NCBI RefSeq assembly: GCF_035084215.1
Contig: NC_090348.1
Location: 39,494,001 to 39,558,000, forward strand
Reading direction: 5' to 3'
Source: Heptranchias perlo
Lineage: Eukaryota
Length of the DNA: 64,000 nucleotides
Shown here: positions 37,263-50,940 of the stretch, one piece after another
How the letters are laid out: every line of letters begins with the position of its first letter
How positions within the stretch are numbered: position 1 is the first letter of the stretch
Position numbers and translations under genes: made by a program
The notes under the pieces: model-generated
Databases searched by the model: none
Seen by the model: the letters and a program-made list of their open reading frames with translations, nothing else
Told to the model about the DNA's origin: nothing

Positions 37263-39076
37263 GTTTTTTAAATAGAAATTTACGTTAGCAATCATAGCAT
37301 GTAAATGCTTAACTTGTTTGCGTGACATTTCTCTCTCCCCCTTTTAGAATAAAGGACAAAGGAATGTCATAGGATAGCATTAAACTGTCACACGATAACA
37401 TCGCAAATGGTTATTTCTACACTTGGGAATAGGTGATCAACAGGTGTATGTGGGTATGGTTTGGGAGTCCATGAGCTTCCTCATACATGGACCTCTGATG
37501 GAGTGGGCTGGGTGGGCCAAGTTCCGTTTGCTTGCTCTGGACTTTTTATTTTATGTTTTTAACTACATACTGCCTTGTATTTGTGGTGTTGCGGGGTGGG
37601 GGTGGGGGGTGTTGGGGAGTTGGGGAGGCAAAGTGGCTTTGCTGCCAGATAGCTAGCTGGGTTGATCTTAGTCCTGGTCATAAAAGATATTGGCGGGGAA
37701 ACCCAATTGATTCACTCGGTAAATATACCACACTGCGTGATACCAAACGGCACAGACCGGGGAAATCCCAGGTTTAGTTCATGGTGAGTGCTGAGTTTGG
37801 TAATCTCTGCTGGGACAGCATTTTGGAGGCACTATAGTTTGCCTCACGGTCCATGAGCTTGCGCTGGGAAAAATCTGCTCCTGATCACTATCCATTAAAC
37901 CCTGCAGGAAAGTGTGTTTTTTGTGGCCAAAACTGACCTTGCTTCTGATGCCCCCTCCCCCTCATTATTGAATAGCTTGCTGTCACCCACTTAAGCTTGG
38001 AGAATAGTCACTTGAGTGAGGTTCCAGAGGGCTGATGATGCCTATGTACGAGTACCACAGTATGAGTCAATGCCTCTTGACGGGAGAAAATTGGAGACAG
38101 TTGCAGAACTATTGGGGGGGGGGGAAAAAAAAGCTTAAAATGTCCATGTGATCCAGCACAGGGATGTTGGCAACCGAGCAGCACCAAAATACCAGCCCTT
38201 AGTGCTAAGCGGGGGGAAAGTGCTGACAGTTGAGCCAATGTATGGAGTTGCTGGTGCTGTTTAACTGCTGTACTTCAAGGTCGAAGGATTCGAATGACTG
38301 GTGGCCCAGATGGCATTGAGCTTCTATACTGACGTGATTACCCACAGCTTGATAGGACTTGGATTGTCCCCACAAGTAGCCAGTTCCTGCCTGAAGCTAG
38401 GACCTTGAGGAAGTGAGGCGTGGCAGGAGAGGTCCACAGACGGCAAAAAAGGACATCCTTGACTGCAAGACATTGATCTCGGAGAACTGTAATTACCCAA
38501 CTTGTAAACCGCGTTGTGATTGAGAAGTATTGACCCCGTATTTGGGGCAGAGGCAGAATTAAAATACTCCCAACCAAACATGAGATTTAATGTGTATCCC
38601 ATTTCAACAGAGAATTTAGCTGACAAAAACATTGCTGTGTGGAGGCTTTATAGCAGTGGCACTTACTAACATTTTTCAAAGCCCATCGCCCCAAGTAATG
38701 CCTTCCTTCACAGTCATTCACAATAATAATTCAGTAGCTTGCACCACAGAGTGGTAGAACATGGGTTTGGACAGAAGAGAGGCAACTATAGTGTGGCATT
38801 TGTTACTCTGTTCAGTTAGGAACAAACTAGAAAAGACCTAAGAGTGTCAAAATGTGATGTGCATTAATCAACCATTTTAGTAAACTGCATGCAGCTGTCA
38901 ATCAGACAACGTTTCCAGGACAGAGGAAAACTCTTGAACTTTGCTACGGTTACAAAGTTACAAAACATGTACAGGACTATTAGTATTAGCACGGTGGGTG
39001 CTATAGTTTTAATAGAGCCCTTTCACTTACTGTCGGATGCTGGGATCGTCCTGCCTCCTATTAACATCCTTCTGAT

Positions 39077-39547
39077 CGAGGATGTTGCCAGGACTGGAGA
39101 ATTTTAGCTATGAGAAAAGATTGGATAGGTTGGGGTTGTTTTCTTTGGAACAAAGGAGGCTGAGGTGAGATTTAATTGAGGTATATAAAATTATGACGGG
39201 GCTAGATAGAGTGGATAGGGAGGACCTATTTCCATTAGCAGAGGGGTCAGTGAGCAGGGGACATAGATTTTAAGTAATTGGTAGAAGGATTAGAGGGGAG
39301 CTGAGGAGAATTCTTTTCACCCAGAGGATGGTGGGGGTCTGGAACTCACTGCCTGATAGGGTGGGAGAGGCAGAAACCCTCAACTCATTTAAAAAGTACT
39401 TGGATGTGCACTTGAAGTGCTGTAACCTACAGGGCTACGGACCAAGTGCTGGAAAGTGGGATTAAGCTGAATAGCTCTTTTTTGGCCAGCACGGACATGA
39501 TGGGCCAAATGGCCTCCTTCTGTGCCGTAACTTTCTATGATTCTATG
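39077..39547 (+). mobile_element. CR1 3' fragment
   Basis: Very similar to 13943-14408. Confidence 0.9.
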
Positions 39548-40054
39548 GTCTTTTCTTGTGGGACAGCACTTAAATCTCAGCTCCGTCAGCATCCCACAGC
39601 TAGGCAGACCATAAACTGAGGGCCTGGGGCACGTGGATCAGCAGGTCTGTCCAGGGCCACTTGTTATCCTGCTTTCTGCTGTGTTATGAGTTCCACTGCA
39701 TTACAGGAATAATCATCAAGACCAAGTTTGAGTTAATGCTTCAAGGACCATGGGAAACACACAGAGACGACATCAGAATTTTCCATCTTCAGCAGTTTGA
39801 TTATAAGTAGAAACTTGTTCTGCGGGCCATATGCTTTGTACTGATCGAGCTTTTGAAATATTTAGCTCTGCCTTTTTGGATTGCAGTAAATCTAAACAAT
39901 TATTCCTCGTCTTCATTTATCAGAGTAGGTCTCCTCACTTTCCAACAGATGCTGGCATATTTTGTACATCCATCTGGTTGCCATTTCTTCTCCTGCCTTT
40001 GATATTTCTCAGGCGATTCAATCACCTTTCTTCAAACCCTTGTTGTGAATGAGA

Positions 40055-40487
40055 AAGAAAGAAATTGCATTTATAGAGCACCTTTCACATCTTAAGGACA
40101 TCTCAAAGCTCTCTTCACAGCCAATAAATGAAGTGTCGTCACTGTGGTCTTGTAGGTGAACACTGCAGCCAATTTGTACATATCATGGCCCTACAAACAG
40201 CAATGAGATACATGGTCAGGTAATGGTAGTGCTGGTTGAGGGATAAATGTTATCCAGGACACCTCCCTGTGCTTCTTCAAAAAATGCCATAGAAGTTTTT
40301 ATATCAAGTTGAACAGGTTAAGCAGGACCTCAGTTTAATATCTCAGCTTAAAGATAGCTTCTCTGGCAATGCGGTGCAGCACTGAAATGTCAACCTGGAT
40401 CTGTATGTTTAAGGACTGCAGTGGGCCTCACCACCTGACCTTTTAACTCAGAGGCAAGTGCGCTACCACTGAGCCACAGCTGACACG
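40055..40487 (-). mobile_element. Deu-type SINE, near full length
   Basis: Runs from tail to head ACTGAGCCACAGCTGACAC, as in 2695-3167. Confidence 0.8.
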
Positions 40488-41694
40488 CTTTTCACTCAAT
40501 TATCTATTACGTAAAAGTGGACAATTTCATCATAATTGGTCTTTACAAGTTTTCCACAGTCCTTAAGAAGCCCTTTCTTTGCTCACAACTCTCCATATAT
40601 CAGGATTAATCAGTGACCAGAAATCTAAGACTAGCAAAAGTAATAAAAGGCCATTACTGCTTTTCTCAACAGTTAATTCACATCTACCTTTTGTTGATCC
40701 CATCAAACCCAGAGGAAAATTTCCTCCCAAGTTCTTAGTCAGATTATACATCATAGCCGTATACATACATATCCTCACCTTTTCCAGCAGGGTGTCACTT
40801 GATAGCAGTCAGGACCGGGAACCCTGGCTGAATTTTTTTTCCTCCTGACAATTGTCGTGTCCCTAGCACTGCCTCCGCTGAGACCAGTTAGCTCAGCACT
40901 GACTGAGATCAAACCTTCAAATCTAGTCTGTATGGTTTTGCTACTCACAGGATAAACATACTGAATCATTGGGGGAGCTGGTTTTAAGTTAATACTTAAG
41001 AAAGATATTGATAGAACCAATTAACTAAGATAATTGTGGACTATTTTGAAAAAGAGCGGAGGAGTTCTCCCTGGTGGACTGGCCAACATTTATCCCTCAA
41101 CCAACTTCGCTAAAACAGATTATCTGGTCGTTATCACAGCGCTAATTGTGGCACCTTGTACAATTTGGCTGCCACGTTTCCTATATTAGAACAGTGACTA
41201 AGGAACCGAGGCAGGTAATTGGAGTTAAGATACAGATCCGCCATGATCCAATTGAATGGCAGAACAGGCTCGAGGGACTGAATGGCCTCCTCTTGTTCCT
41301 ATGTGCCAACATAAGCCAACAGCCTCTGAATTACCCTGCTCCATTCACACCACTGTGTAGTCAGGGGAAAGCAAAGTTTTCCGCATGCCTGCTTGAACCC
41401 AGAAGCAGTGCTCTGCTAAGTGGCACCTGAATGCCAGTGACATTTTTAATGTTGATAAAGAACAGCCTGCCCTGTCGGCTCCTGACTAACATCGATCCTT
41501 TTCATTTTTATCCTCGCTTAATCATTGGAATTCATAGCTTCCATTACTGCTGCTTCACTGAATTTCACCATGCATCTTTACATGGTGTTTACATGGGTGT
41601 CGTACTAACCAGGATTTAGAATGTCAGCTGACAGGAAGAGTGGGTGCTACTGGGTTAGAACATTTTATCTCTTTTTTTTTTGCTCTCTGTCTCA

Positions 41695-42098
41695 CCCTTT
41701 GAGTCAGAAGGTCGTGGGTTCAATCCCCCCTTCGGCACTTGAGCACAAAATCTAGGCTAACATTTCACTGTAGTACTGAGGGAGTGCCGCCCTGCTGGAG
41801 GCGGCGTCCTTCAGATGAGATAACAAAACAAGGCCTCACCCACAGTGTCCAGGTGGTCTTTAAAGATTCCAGAGCACAAATTTTTTTTTTAAAAGGAGCT
41901 GCCAGTTTCCTCTGTACTCTGATGACCATTCTTCCCTCAATCATCTCATTGCTGTTTGTGCAACCTTTCTGTGCACCTAATAGCTGCCTAGTGAGCAACA
42001 GTGGTACACTTCAAAAGGAATTAATTGCATGTCAAGCACTTTGAAATGTCCTGAGAGATGTAATAAGGTCCCATATAAATGCAAGTTCATTCTTTCTT
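41695..42098 (+). mobile_element. Deu-type SINE
   Basis: GAGTCAGAAGGTCGTGGGTTCAATCCC B-box; tail ATATAAATGCAAG. Confidence 0.8.
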
Positions 42099-44898
42099 TT
42101 TTAAAGATTGAGTAAAAGCCTGCAAACTACTCTTCATATTAGAGAGTGGAACATAGGAACAGGAGTAGGCCATTCAGCCCTTGGGCCTGCTGTGCCTTAA
42201 ATGAATGCTCAAACGTATATAGATGACATTTTGCTATTTTAATGGAGATGTTAACCTATTTAAAATAAATGTGTCAATGCCTGTGTTAAAATAGCACATG
42301 AAGAAAAAGTCATACAAACTTGTTGATGTACGTCCGTTAATATCGTCAGCAGGAATTTCTAGGCTAAAGGGGTTGAAATCGTGCTGTGTGGTTTGAGTAG
42401 TTGGTGTGTTAACACATTCGGACCAAATTCCTTTATCCACTGTTTTAACGTGCGTTAACCATTTAGTTTAATCATTGAACAAGCAAACACAGGAGCTTCA
42501 TACAAACACATTAGTGTGTTTGTTGCCAATTTGCACATTGCGGTTTCAACCCCAAATCTCGATCCTGCAGGTCGCCTGGGAACCTGTTAAAGAAGATGAA
42601 AAGGGATGTCTCACACCCAATAGCAAACCCATTCATTCATTGCAGCAATACTGCGCATTTTGAGTTGTCACGTTGAAATCGCTTCACAGCAACGCAAATT
42701 GAACAGTACAGATGTCCCATCGGAACTGGAGGCCCTTATCGTAATCTGGCACCCGCGGTTGAACTGAAAGGATCGTTGAAACTCGAGGCTAATGAAAGTG
42801 TTTCCATTGATGTAAATTCTGCTCCCTCCCACTGTCGTGCTCGATGTATCCCCTCAGCCAGGTCTGTACTGAAACACCATCAAGCCCTCCTCATTGCAAA
42901 AACAAAATAAAGTTTTAAATAATCGACAGCAGCAGGAAAACAAAAAGAGCTTTGAGTTAATCATAACTCTTTATGGCTTTAATTTGTAAAAGGGGTGTTG
43001 ATAATGAGCCTCCCTCTAAAGGACTAACAAATAGACTTTAAAATGCTGCAGTATGCAGATGTTTAAGCTGCTTTTATATTGACTCTTGTGGGATGTTAGG
43101 ACTGCCAGCCCTAGCGATTCCAGTAGGTTTACTTTGTGGTTGCCTCCGCTTGTGTGAGCCCTGCACATTGAACTGCTGCAGCTGAAGAACTTCACTAAAC
43201 CCAGTGCAAAAGCAGTTTTACAGCGTTGGTGTAACAGATGTGTTCCACGCAGCAAATATGGGCTCTGGAAACCTGCTTATTTACATCAAATGCCACTGTA
43301 ACATTGCAAGTGTTATTGGGTGAATTTATAATAGGTCAGGCCTGATCCAAAGAAATAGCTGAATTATTGTGATTCAGCACTCGACAGACAGCTTGCACTT
43401 TTTAAATAGGTCAATGAACAGGGAATGGTGGGTTCATAACATGCTCCTGACTTCGAAAACAATAAAAGCATCCCGTCTGAAGGCTAAATGCTTTACTAAT
43501 ACTCTCTGAATGGCTTAAGTGTTCAAAAATTGCTCTTCGTTTGATGTATTGCGACCACAAATGGAAGGGTCATTAATAGTGGCATCTGTAGAAAAAAGAC
43601 TAAATTTACAACTGCAGCCACCACTAGAGACAGAACCCACTTCAAACTACCTTTTGAACCAGTCTAGGATAAATAGACAAAGCAGTTCAATAAGATGTAA
43701 TGCTGCACTTTTACTGTGAACCTGTTTATCTTTGGTCTGATTGGCTAAAATGCAGTCACATGATACGAAATGGCATCTGCTTTGCTTTTTAATGGGGGAG
43801 GCAATGGAACAAGAATAATTACCCTCAGAGAGATGTCATGTGAGATTAACCTTTGACCTTTAAACTTCGAGAAGTCTCTTGCCCTGTACTTACAGAGTTA
43901 ATAATATGCTTGTGACACTACCACACTGGCTGGAACAAATAACTGGTGCCATCCCAGCCAGCGTGAGAGTAAATAACTGGTGCCATCCCAGCCAGCGTGG
44001 CACTGAGCCACACGGGTAAGGAAGGTCCCAGGCTTGATCCCCGATGCACGCAGAGTCCGTTTATCGCAAGCAGGGCGACAATTGGGCCTTTGGTGCCCCA
44101 AGAATTGAGGGGGGAAAAAAAAAGAGGGCAAGGGTTTCTGCTCACAACTGAGCTAACCGTGACCAATGATGCACGAGATCAGCTTGTACATTTTAAAATG
44201 CCGCAGAATTAAAATAATCTTAATCGGCCTGATCCTTGAATCTGAACAACATTCTGAACCAACTTTTCTGACTCCTGCCGTTTTATGTTTTATGTCCATG
44301 TTTTAGTTTTCCTAAGAGCAATTATGGTTCCTCACTAGTATGGCTGCTATTAGCACAAACACTTAAAACTTAAGTCAATAATTGGATTCAGTATCCATGA
44401 AAATGTGGGTCCATGATTCTGCTGTGGGAATAAAAGAACCAAATAAATTGAGCAGAGACCATCATTCTTCACCGATCCAAACTACACAAGCGCCAAATTT
44501 ATAAACACTCTATGGGGGGGAATCTACAAAAGGCCCAGCCAAGTTAGAAAGCCTGCTAACAGTGTGACAAGTAGAAACTGAGACTGTGCTGGATCTGTCT
44601 CCTGCGACGTGAGCTGCTATCTGTGCCAGTCGTTATTGAGGCCCAATGAAAGGGTTAAAATTTCAGCAGGAAAACAGCTTCGAGTACAGCCCACTGAGCC
44701 ATTCGTGTCGGCTGTGACCAGATTTCAATCACGCTTGTAAATAAAAAAAAAAATACTTTCAATGTTGCCGAGAGCATTTCTTTAGAACTGCAAAGCTTCG
44801 CAACATTCTTTTAGAAAGCAGTGTTGCCTGCCAGCTGGTTAGAGTCAAAGGAGGAGACCGTATAGTAGGGGCAACATTGTCGGTAATCCCTGGACAAG

Positions 44899-45203
44899 TG
44901 CCAGCTAATTTGATATTTTTAAAAAATCAATTAATTGTATTAATAATCGTGCTCATATTTTGGAAGAGCAGACACTGGGGTGACCTAAGGCATTGCGGGG
45001 GAGTGGGGTCTCTCAGGACTTTTGTTCCATAACACAGAATGGAATCAGTCAGTTCAGCGGGTACTAGGAGGACTATTAGAGCAGCTGTGATTGCTGGGTA
45101 TCATCTTGCCCCATGTCACTCCACGGCACTCCCCGAGGCACCCTTTAACTAGAGATAATTGATCCAACTAATTGATTTGAAAAACAAAACAAATTAGCTG
45201 GCA
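44899..45203. mobile_element. Degenerate palindromic MITE-like element
   Basis: Perfect 14-bp inverted repeat TGCCAGCTAATTTG / CAAATTAGCTGGCA, plus further inner inverted similarity (AAATCAATTAATTG / CAACTAATTGATTT). Confidence 0.55.
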
Positions 45204-45522
45204 ATTAACTGAGGTAAGTACTTGCTCTACCTCACACTTAACCCCTGACTTTATTGGTGAGTTTGTTTTAGACCGTCGACACTCGCCGCCTGGGCTCGTG
45301 CACGAAGAAGATTGGCCACTCGCCAGTACAGGCACGATGGGCCGAATGGCCGCCCTCTGTGCTGTATGATTCTACGACTTGGGCGGGACCCCTAGAGAGC
45401 TGCTGCTCTCTATGGAACTCTACCCCAGCATGAGTCACTGCCTCTGAGAGAAGGAGGGGAGAAAAGTGGGGCTTTAATTTGGATTATTTTTACCTGGAGA
45501 TAACTTGTGGGTTGATATTACC

Positions 45523-45524
<2 letters not shown>

Positions 45525-45556
<32 letters not shown>
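45525..45556. repeat. (TTA)n microsatellite
   Basis: About 10 TTA units. Confidence 0.95.
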
Positions 45557-45558
<2 letters not shown>

Positions 45559-46199
45559 AAACAAGTATTTGAACCACATCCCTTTGTCCAACTGTTTTAA
45601 TAGTTTGGAATATGGGCGACACATATTGCTGATCCCTCGTTGCCTTGAGAAAGGATAATGGTTGTTTTTACCAACTGAGTGTCTCACTTTGTTACGTCAG
45701 AGGGCATTAAGAGCCAACCACATTGCATGGGGTTGCGTTCATGTAAAGGCCAGAAGGACATTAGTGAACCAGTTGGGTTTTTATGACAGTCTGGAAGCTT
45801 TCATGGTCATTTCTTCTCCGGCGCTCGCTCACCATTTACCAATTTATTGAATTCAATTTGCCATGGTGGGATTTGAACTCTCAACCTCTAAGATTGCTAG
45901 TCCAGAACTGTACTATAACCATTACACCTTACTACCATACCTCAAATTAGCAGACAATTGAATTTGATACAAATACGTTCAATGTTCTTGGAACGACACA
46001 GCATAGCACCATTTCCAGCCTCAGCATTCTTTAATGAGAGAAACATGGAATTTGTTAATCCGTGAGCAATTCCATTTTAACAAATGGGAGTTGGATTGAG
46101 GCCAGTTGTAGAACAGGCCCAACCTGTGTTTGTCATTAGAAACAGGCTATTTCGCACCTGCAAGTGGCATAATGTAACTGCTTTAGAAGCTCTCGTCAG

Positions 46200-46700
46200 C
46201 ATACGAACATACGATACGAATTAAGAGCAGGAATAGGCCATTCGGCCCCTCGAGCCTGCTCTGCCATTTGATAAGGTCATGGCTGATCTGATTGTGACCT
46301 CAACCCTACTTTCCCGTCTCCCTACTATAACCTCTGACTCCCTTGTTAATCAGGAATCTATCTATCCAACTCAGTCTTAAAAAATATTCAATGACCCTGC
46401 CTCCACTGTTCTCTGGGGAAGGGAGTTCCACAGACTCATGACCCTCTGAGAGAAAAGATTTGTCCTCATCCGTCTTACATGGGAGACCCCTTATTTTTAA
46501 ACTGTGGCCCCTAGTTCTAGTCTCTCCCACAAGGGGAAACTCCCTCTCAGCATCTACCCCTTCTAGTCCTCTCAGGATCTTATGTTTCAATAAGATCACC
46601 TCTCATTCTTCTAAACTCCAGTGTATACAGGCCCAACTTGTCCAACCTTTCCTCATAAGATAACCCCCTCATCCCAGGAATCAGTCGAGTGAACCTTCCC
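46200..46700 (-). mobile_element. CR1 3' fragment
   Basis: Minus ORF 46306-46599 (KILRGL..FPLVGETRTRGHSLKI); reverse tail (CATACGAA)n. Confidence 0.9.
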
Positions 46701-47195
46701 TCAATCAATAAAAGTTTAATTGTGTCTTTTAGTTTTTCACTTGTTTTTGTTGGAGACATTAGTGTAGCAGCGTATTTTGTAAATCAAGCCGTGAATTGAC
46801 TGTGCCCACAGGTGGCCATTTGCCAGTCCATAAATTGGAGAAAAAAATCAGCTCCTGACTGTGCAACAATGCTCGTTTCCATAGTGAAGTATAATCAGAC
46901 ATTCTAGCAGTTTAAAAAAAAAGAGAGCAAGAGACTGCAAACATTTTATCTTATTAAATACTGCTTGCATGCATTGTCAAACCCGTTTGTGTGAACCCAG
47001 AGGCTATCGTCAGTAAGTAGTGTGTAATATTGGCAGATAGGCAACATCACACTGCGAGTCCTGATACATTGAATGTAGCTACATGGTACCATGATGTGGT
47101 GGCAAATTTGCTCATGACTCGTTTTATTGTTTTGCCCCTTCAGCGGAATCCTGATCCACACTTTCGGCATGAAGGGATTTCTGGCTGCTCTAATG

Positions 47196-47570
47196 GCTAG
47201 AGTTGAGAACTCTGGTTGGGTGTATTCCTGGAGGTTTAATCACATGACCTCCCGCTTCGAACCGCCCCGCTCCCACTCTCCCGCCATTGGTCCTTCCTCC
47301 AAGCACGCTGCCTTCCCATGGCCAATTGGAACTGGAGCAGACACTTTGTTAGCCAATTGGATTAATCGTGACTGTTAGCGAACAGCCTTTCTCTCCCCAT
47401 CTCCAATATTTTTATAACTAATAAATGAAAGTGTTCAAAAGAGAAGGAAAATAGCACAATTTTATTTAGTTTTTAATGATTTTTCTCCTGGGTTTGCTCC
47501 CAGCAGTGCCCTGGAGATTAATCTTCAATTTCTGGCGACTCCAGGACAATCCTAGAGAGTTGGCAACCCC
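47196..47570. mobile_element. hAT-like MITE
   Basis: Reverse-orientation homologue of 28202-28466; ends GTTGGCAACCC. Confidence 0.7.
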
Positions 47571-50189
47571 AATTTTGCAGAGTCAGGATAATTAACATAT
47601 TTTAGTCAGGCTTCTGGTGGGACTCCTGGCTGCATTGGGGTACCCACTGTTTGAAGGTGTGGGGAACCGAAGGTGTCTGTGGCTGTCCCCAGGTACTTGC
47701 TATCACAAGGTAGCACGGCTGGGCTGCCCCCAAAATGTGTTATTTTTTATTCTAATTTTGATTTGATTTTATTTTACTTCAATTTTCACCAGCTCGGTGG
47801 TCGCACTTTTACCTCTGACTCAGAATGTCCTGGATTCAAGCTCCACTCCAGAGACTTGAGTACCTAATTAAATACTCAATGTGATTGATCCTTAATGCCC
47901 ACAGGGCATGTAGCGATGGGCAATAAAGACTGACTTGCCAGTGTTGCCCACAAGAACATATATTTTTTTTAAAATTAGCCTTCTCTCCATCTCAGACACT
48001 GATCAGCCTGCTGCGTATTTCCAGCATCTTCTACTTTTCAGGAGTTCTTGTCATTTTTTTTAATGATTTGTTTTGATTCAACTGATTTTTAAAAAAGAAT
48101 TTCATTTTTTGGGTGATTCACTCACAAAAACAGTACCACCTGTATTGGTAACAATCTGCCCCGTTACTCCCCCACAGCTGCCCAGTGGAAGTATGAGTGG
48201 ACATGATTGCTGTTAGGGCTTATTACTGATTCTCCCTTGCACTTGCCAGCACTTTGATAGGGCCGCTTGATAACTGACTGTAGTCCTGAAGTGCTAGACA
48301 AAAAACAAAAACAAATGTATTAATTTTTAAAATAGCAATAAAACCCACTCTAGCATGCCCCGCCAGTGTGCTGGATGATATAAGTGTCACCAATTCAGAG
48401 TGAAAGCAGCTGACATCATCAGTCATGACCTACAGCAATAATGCTGTTTCTGCCCTTGTTTTGCTTTTCAAAAATGAATCGTAATAGGTCCTCAGATTTC
48501 ATCTATGCAGCCTTTTTTTTAAATCAAATCTCTCCCCTCCTTTCCTGAAAGCCACGATTCCCTTATTGGGCTAACGTTCCATGTATCCCACGCAAGTGGC
48601 CGTTATTAATGGTTGGTACTTTGAGGCTTTCCAACTGAGGAGGATCTCACAGCCAAGGCTTGTTGCTGTTCTCGCGCATAATTCCAGCAGGGGCTACTGG
48701 ATTACATTCGAGAGCAGGAAACCTGACTGAATTTTCCCTTCCCTAACCCAGGGGGTGCAGCTGCCAAATACTTTTTCTTAAAGGCGATATCCCTTTAAAG
48801 ATGTTAGACGAATCATAGAATCTTACAGCACAGAAGGAGGCCATTCAGCCCTTCGTGCCTGTGGTGGCTCTTTGAAAGAGCTATCCAATTAGTCCCACTC
48901 CCCTTGGATCTTATCAACATCTCTCTCTCTCTTTTTCTAGGGAGCTGCTGAGCTAATGCACTTAGCTGGACTTGCTGCAGATGTTCACAGCTGTGTTGGT
49001 TCACTGACATAAAGTGAACTATGAATAGAGTTTTCACAGCAGTGACTCATATATCCCATAAATGGTAAAGTCTCAAGTGGGTTATGAGGGTCTTGCTGGC
49101 AAACAAATAAACAGAGCGACCATTGATAACTGGCCCCTGTTTGATATATGTGAAGTTTTGTTATTAAAGGGACACTGTCAGTACATTCAAGGGGTCTTCA
49201 GGCAGACCAGAGGACACATTTTACTCTATGTATAAAGTTAAAAGAAATGTTTTTAAACTAAACCACCCGGGTTGAAATCACACTGTGATATTAGTGCCCA
49301 CGGCATGAATGTGTTTGTTTTTCCTCTATTTTACTGAAGACATTATCCTGCTTATCTTAAATAAAAGACAGAGTCATACAGTCATGTTGGCACATCCCTT
49401 CCTGATATCACACAGTGCAAATTCAGCCCCCCCCACCCCTCCCAAATATAACCTCAGGCACAGGTACGACCATTGTAGGGGTAAGATAATGGGACATATC
49501 TTACCCCCCACCCAAGCTTTTAGGTTGATGTCCTCATTCCTTCCCCCTCCCACACCCTGGCCCCATCTCCCTCCTCTTTATAGGCTTGAAGTGAAAGTGA
49601 ATGCCTTACAATTAATGTTTTTTTAACCTCTCCCAGGAGATTGAGGGGGTGGGGTTGGGAGGGAGGGCTGGCGGGCTGTAGTGTCTGGTCATGATGGTCC
49701 ATCATGGTGTGGGGCAGGGTTGATGGACCAGCTGGTCTTTTCCTGCCCATCTACTTTATATGTCCCTATGTCAGTCCTGTGTAAGCGCAGGCATTAATCA
49801 CTTATTTTAAATGGGTTCGTACCTCCATTAGAATAGTGCAGAGAGGAATGCCTTATGAACACATTAACCTGAATTCCTTCTTATTGCCAGCAGTCGTTTG
49901 TAACTTTATAAGTGGTTATGCTTCTGCCCCCAGGTTCCTGGGAAACCCTTCTCCTTAAAAACTGCCCTCTGAGTCTGACATGTTGGATACGTTTGAATCA
50001 CAACAGCTGCTACAGCTGAGAATTTCTGAATTTTCTAAGTTAAATTTTAAATTGAAATATATAATAAACGTAGCTTCAGGGATTGGGTGGTGAGGTCGAT
50101 TAGCTCACTGCCATTTCACAGCTGGGGTTTTGTCCCTGACTGATGGAAGGAAATTGTATGCTCTCTGTCAGCTGAAAGGATTCTATCAG

Positions 50190-50617
50190 GTAAGATAGAG
50201 CAGGCTGGGGCTCTTTTCTCTAGAAAAGAGAAGGCTGAGGAGTGACCTGATAGAGGTCTTTAAGTTTATGAAAGGGCTTGAAAGGGTAGACATAATGTTT
50301 CCCCTTATAGGGGGGACTAGAACTAAGAGCCATAAATATAAGATAGTCACTAATAAATCCAGTAGGGAATTCAGGAGAAACTTCTTTACCCAGAGAGTGG
50401 TTAGAATGTGGAACTTGCTACCACATGGAGTAGTTGAGGCGACGACCATAGGTGCATTTAAGGGGAAGCTAGATAAACATGTGAGGGAGAAAGGAATGGA
50501 AGGATATGCTGATAGGGTTGGATGAAGAAGGGTGGGAGGAGGCTCATGTGGCGCGTAAATACCGGCATAGACCAGTTGGGCCGAATGGCCTGTTTCTGTG
50601 CTGTACATTCTATGTAA
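50190..50617 (+). mobile_element. CR1 3' fragment
   Basis: RRNFFTQRVVRMWNLLP motif; tail CATTCTATGTAA. A shorter copy lies at 53270-53500. Confidence 0.9.
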
Positions 50618-50940
50618 ATAAGATTGACTCCTGAAAATTAACCCTCTGTTGAGGTTGTCTCCTCCCCTCCCTCGCCACAGTGGTCATTATTTATGTATGA
50701 GCCTTGACAGAAAGTCTCGGTCGGTTATCTGGCTATGCAGGGCATTCACAGCCTGAATATGATCCTTCCTACAAATGGTGTCCATGCGCAGGGGTCCCTG
50801 GGTAGCAATCAGGATTGGGAAACTGGCTGCTTTCCCCCCTTTCTAGCCCGGGTTACTGAGGCTATTTGTACCCTTGCTACTACCCAGGTCGGGATCAGTA
50901 CAGATCAGGAGTCAAAACTAGGGCCTTCACTGTCTGTACG

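Noticed and set aside
50735-50940. N-terminal 69 aa of the 337-aa ORF as part of a novel fusion gene
   Set aside because: It is antisense family-C SINE sequence that happens to be in frame with the truncated Penelope ORF.
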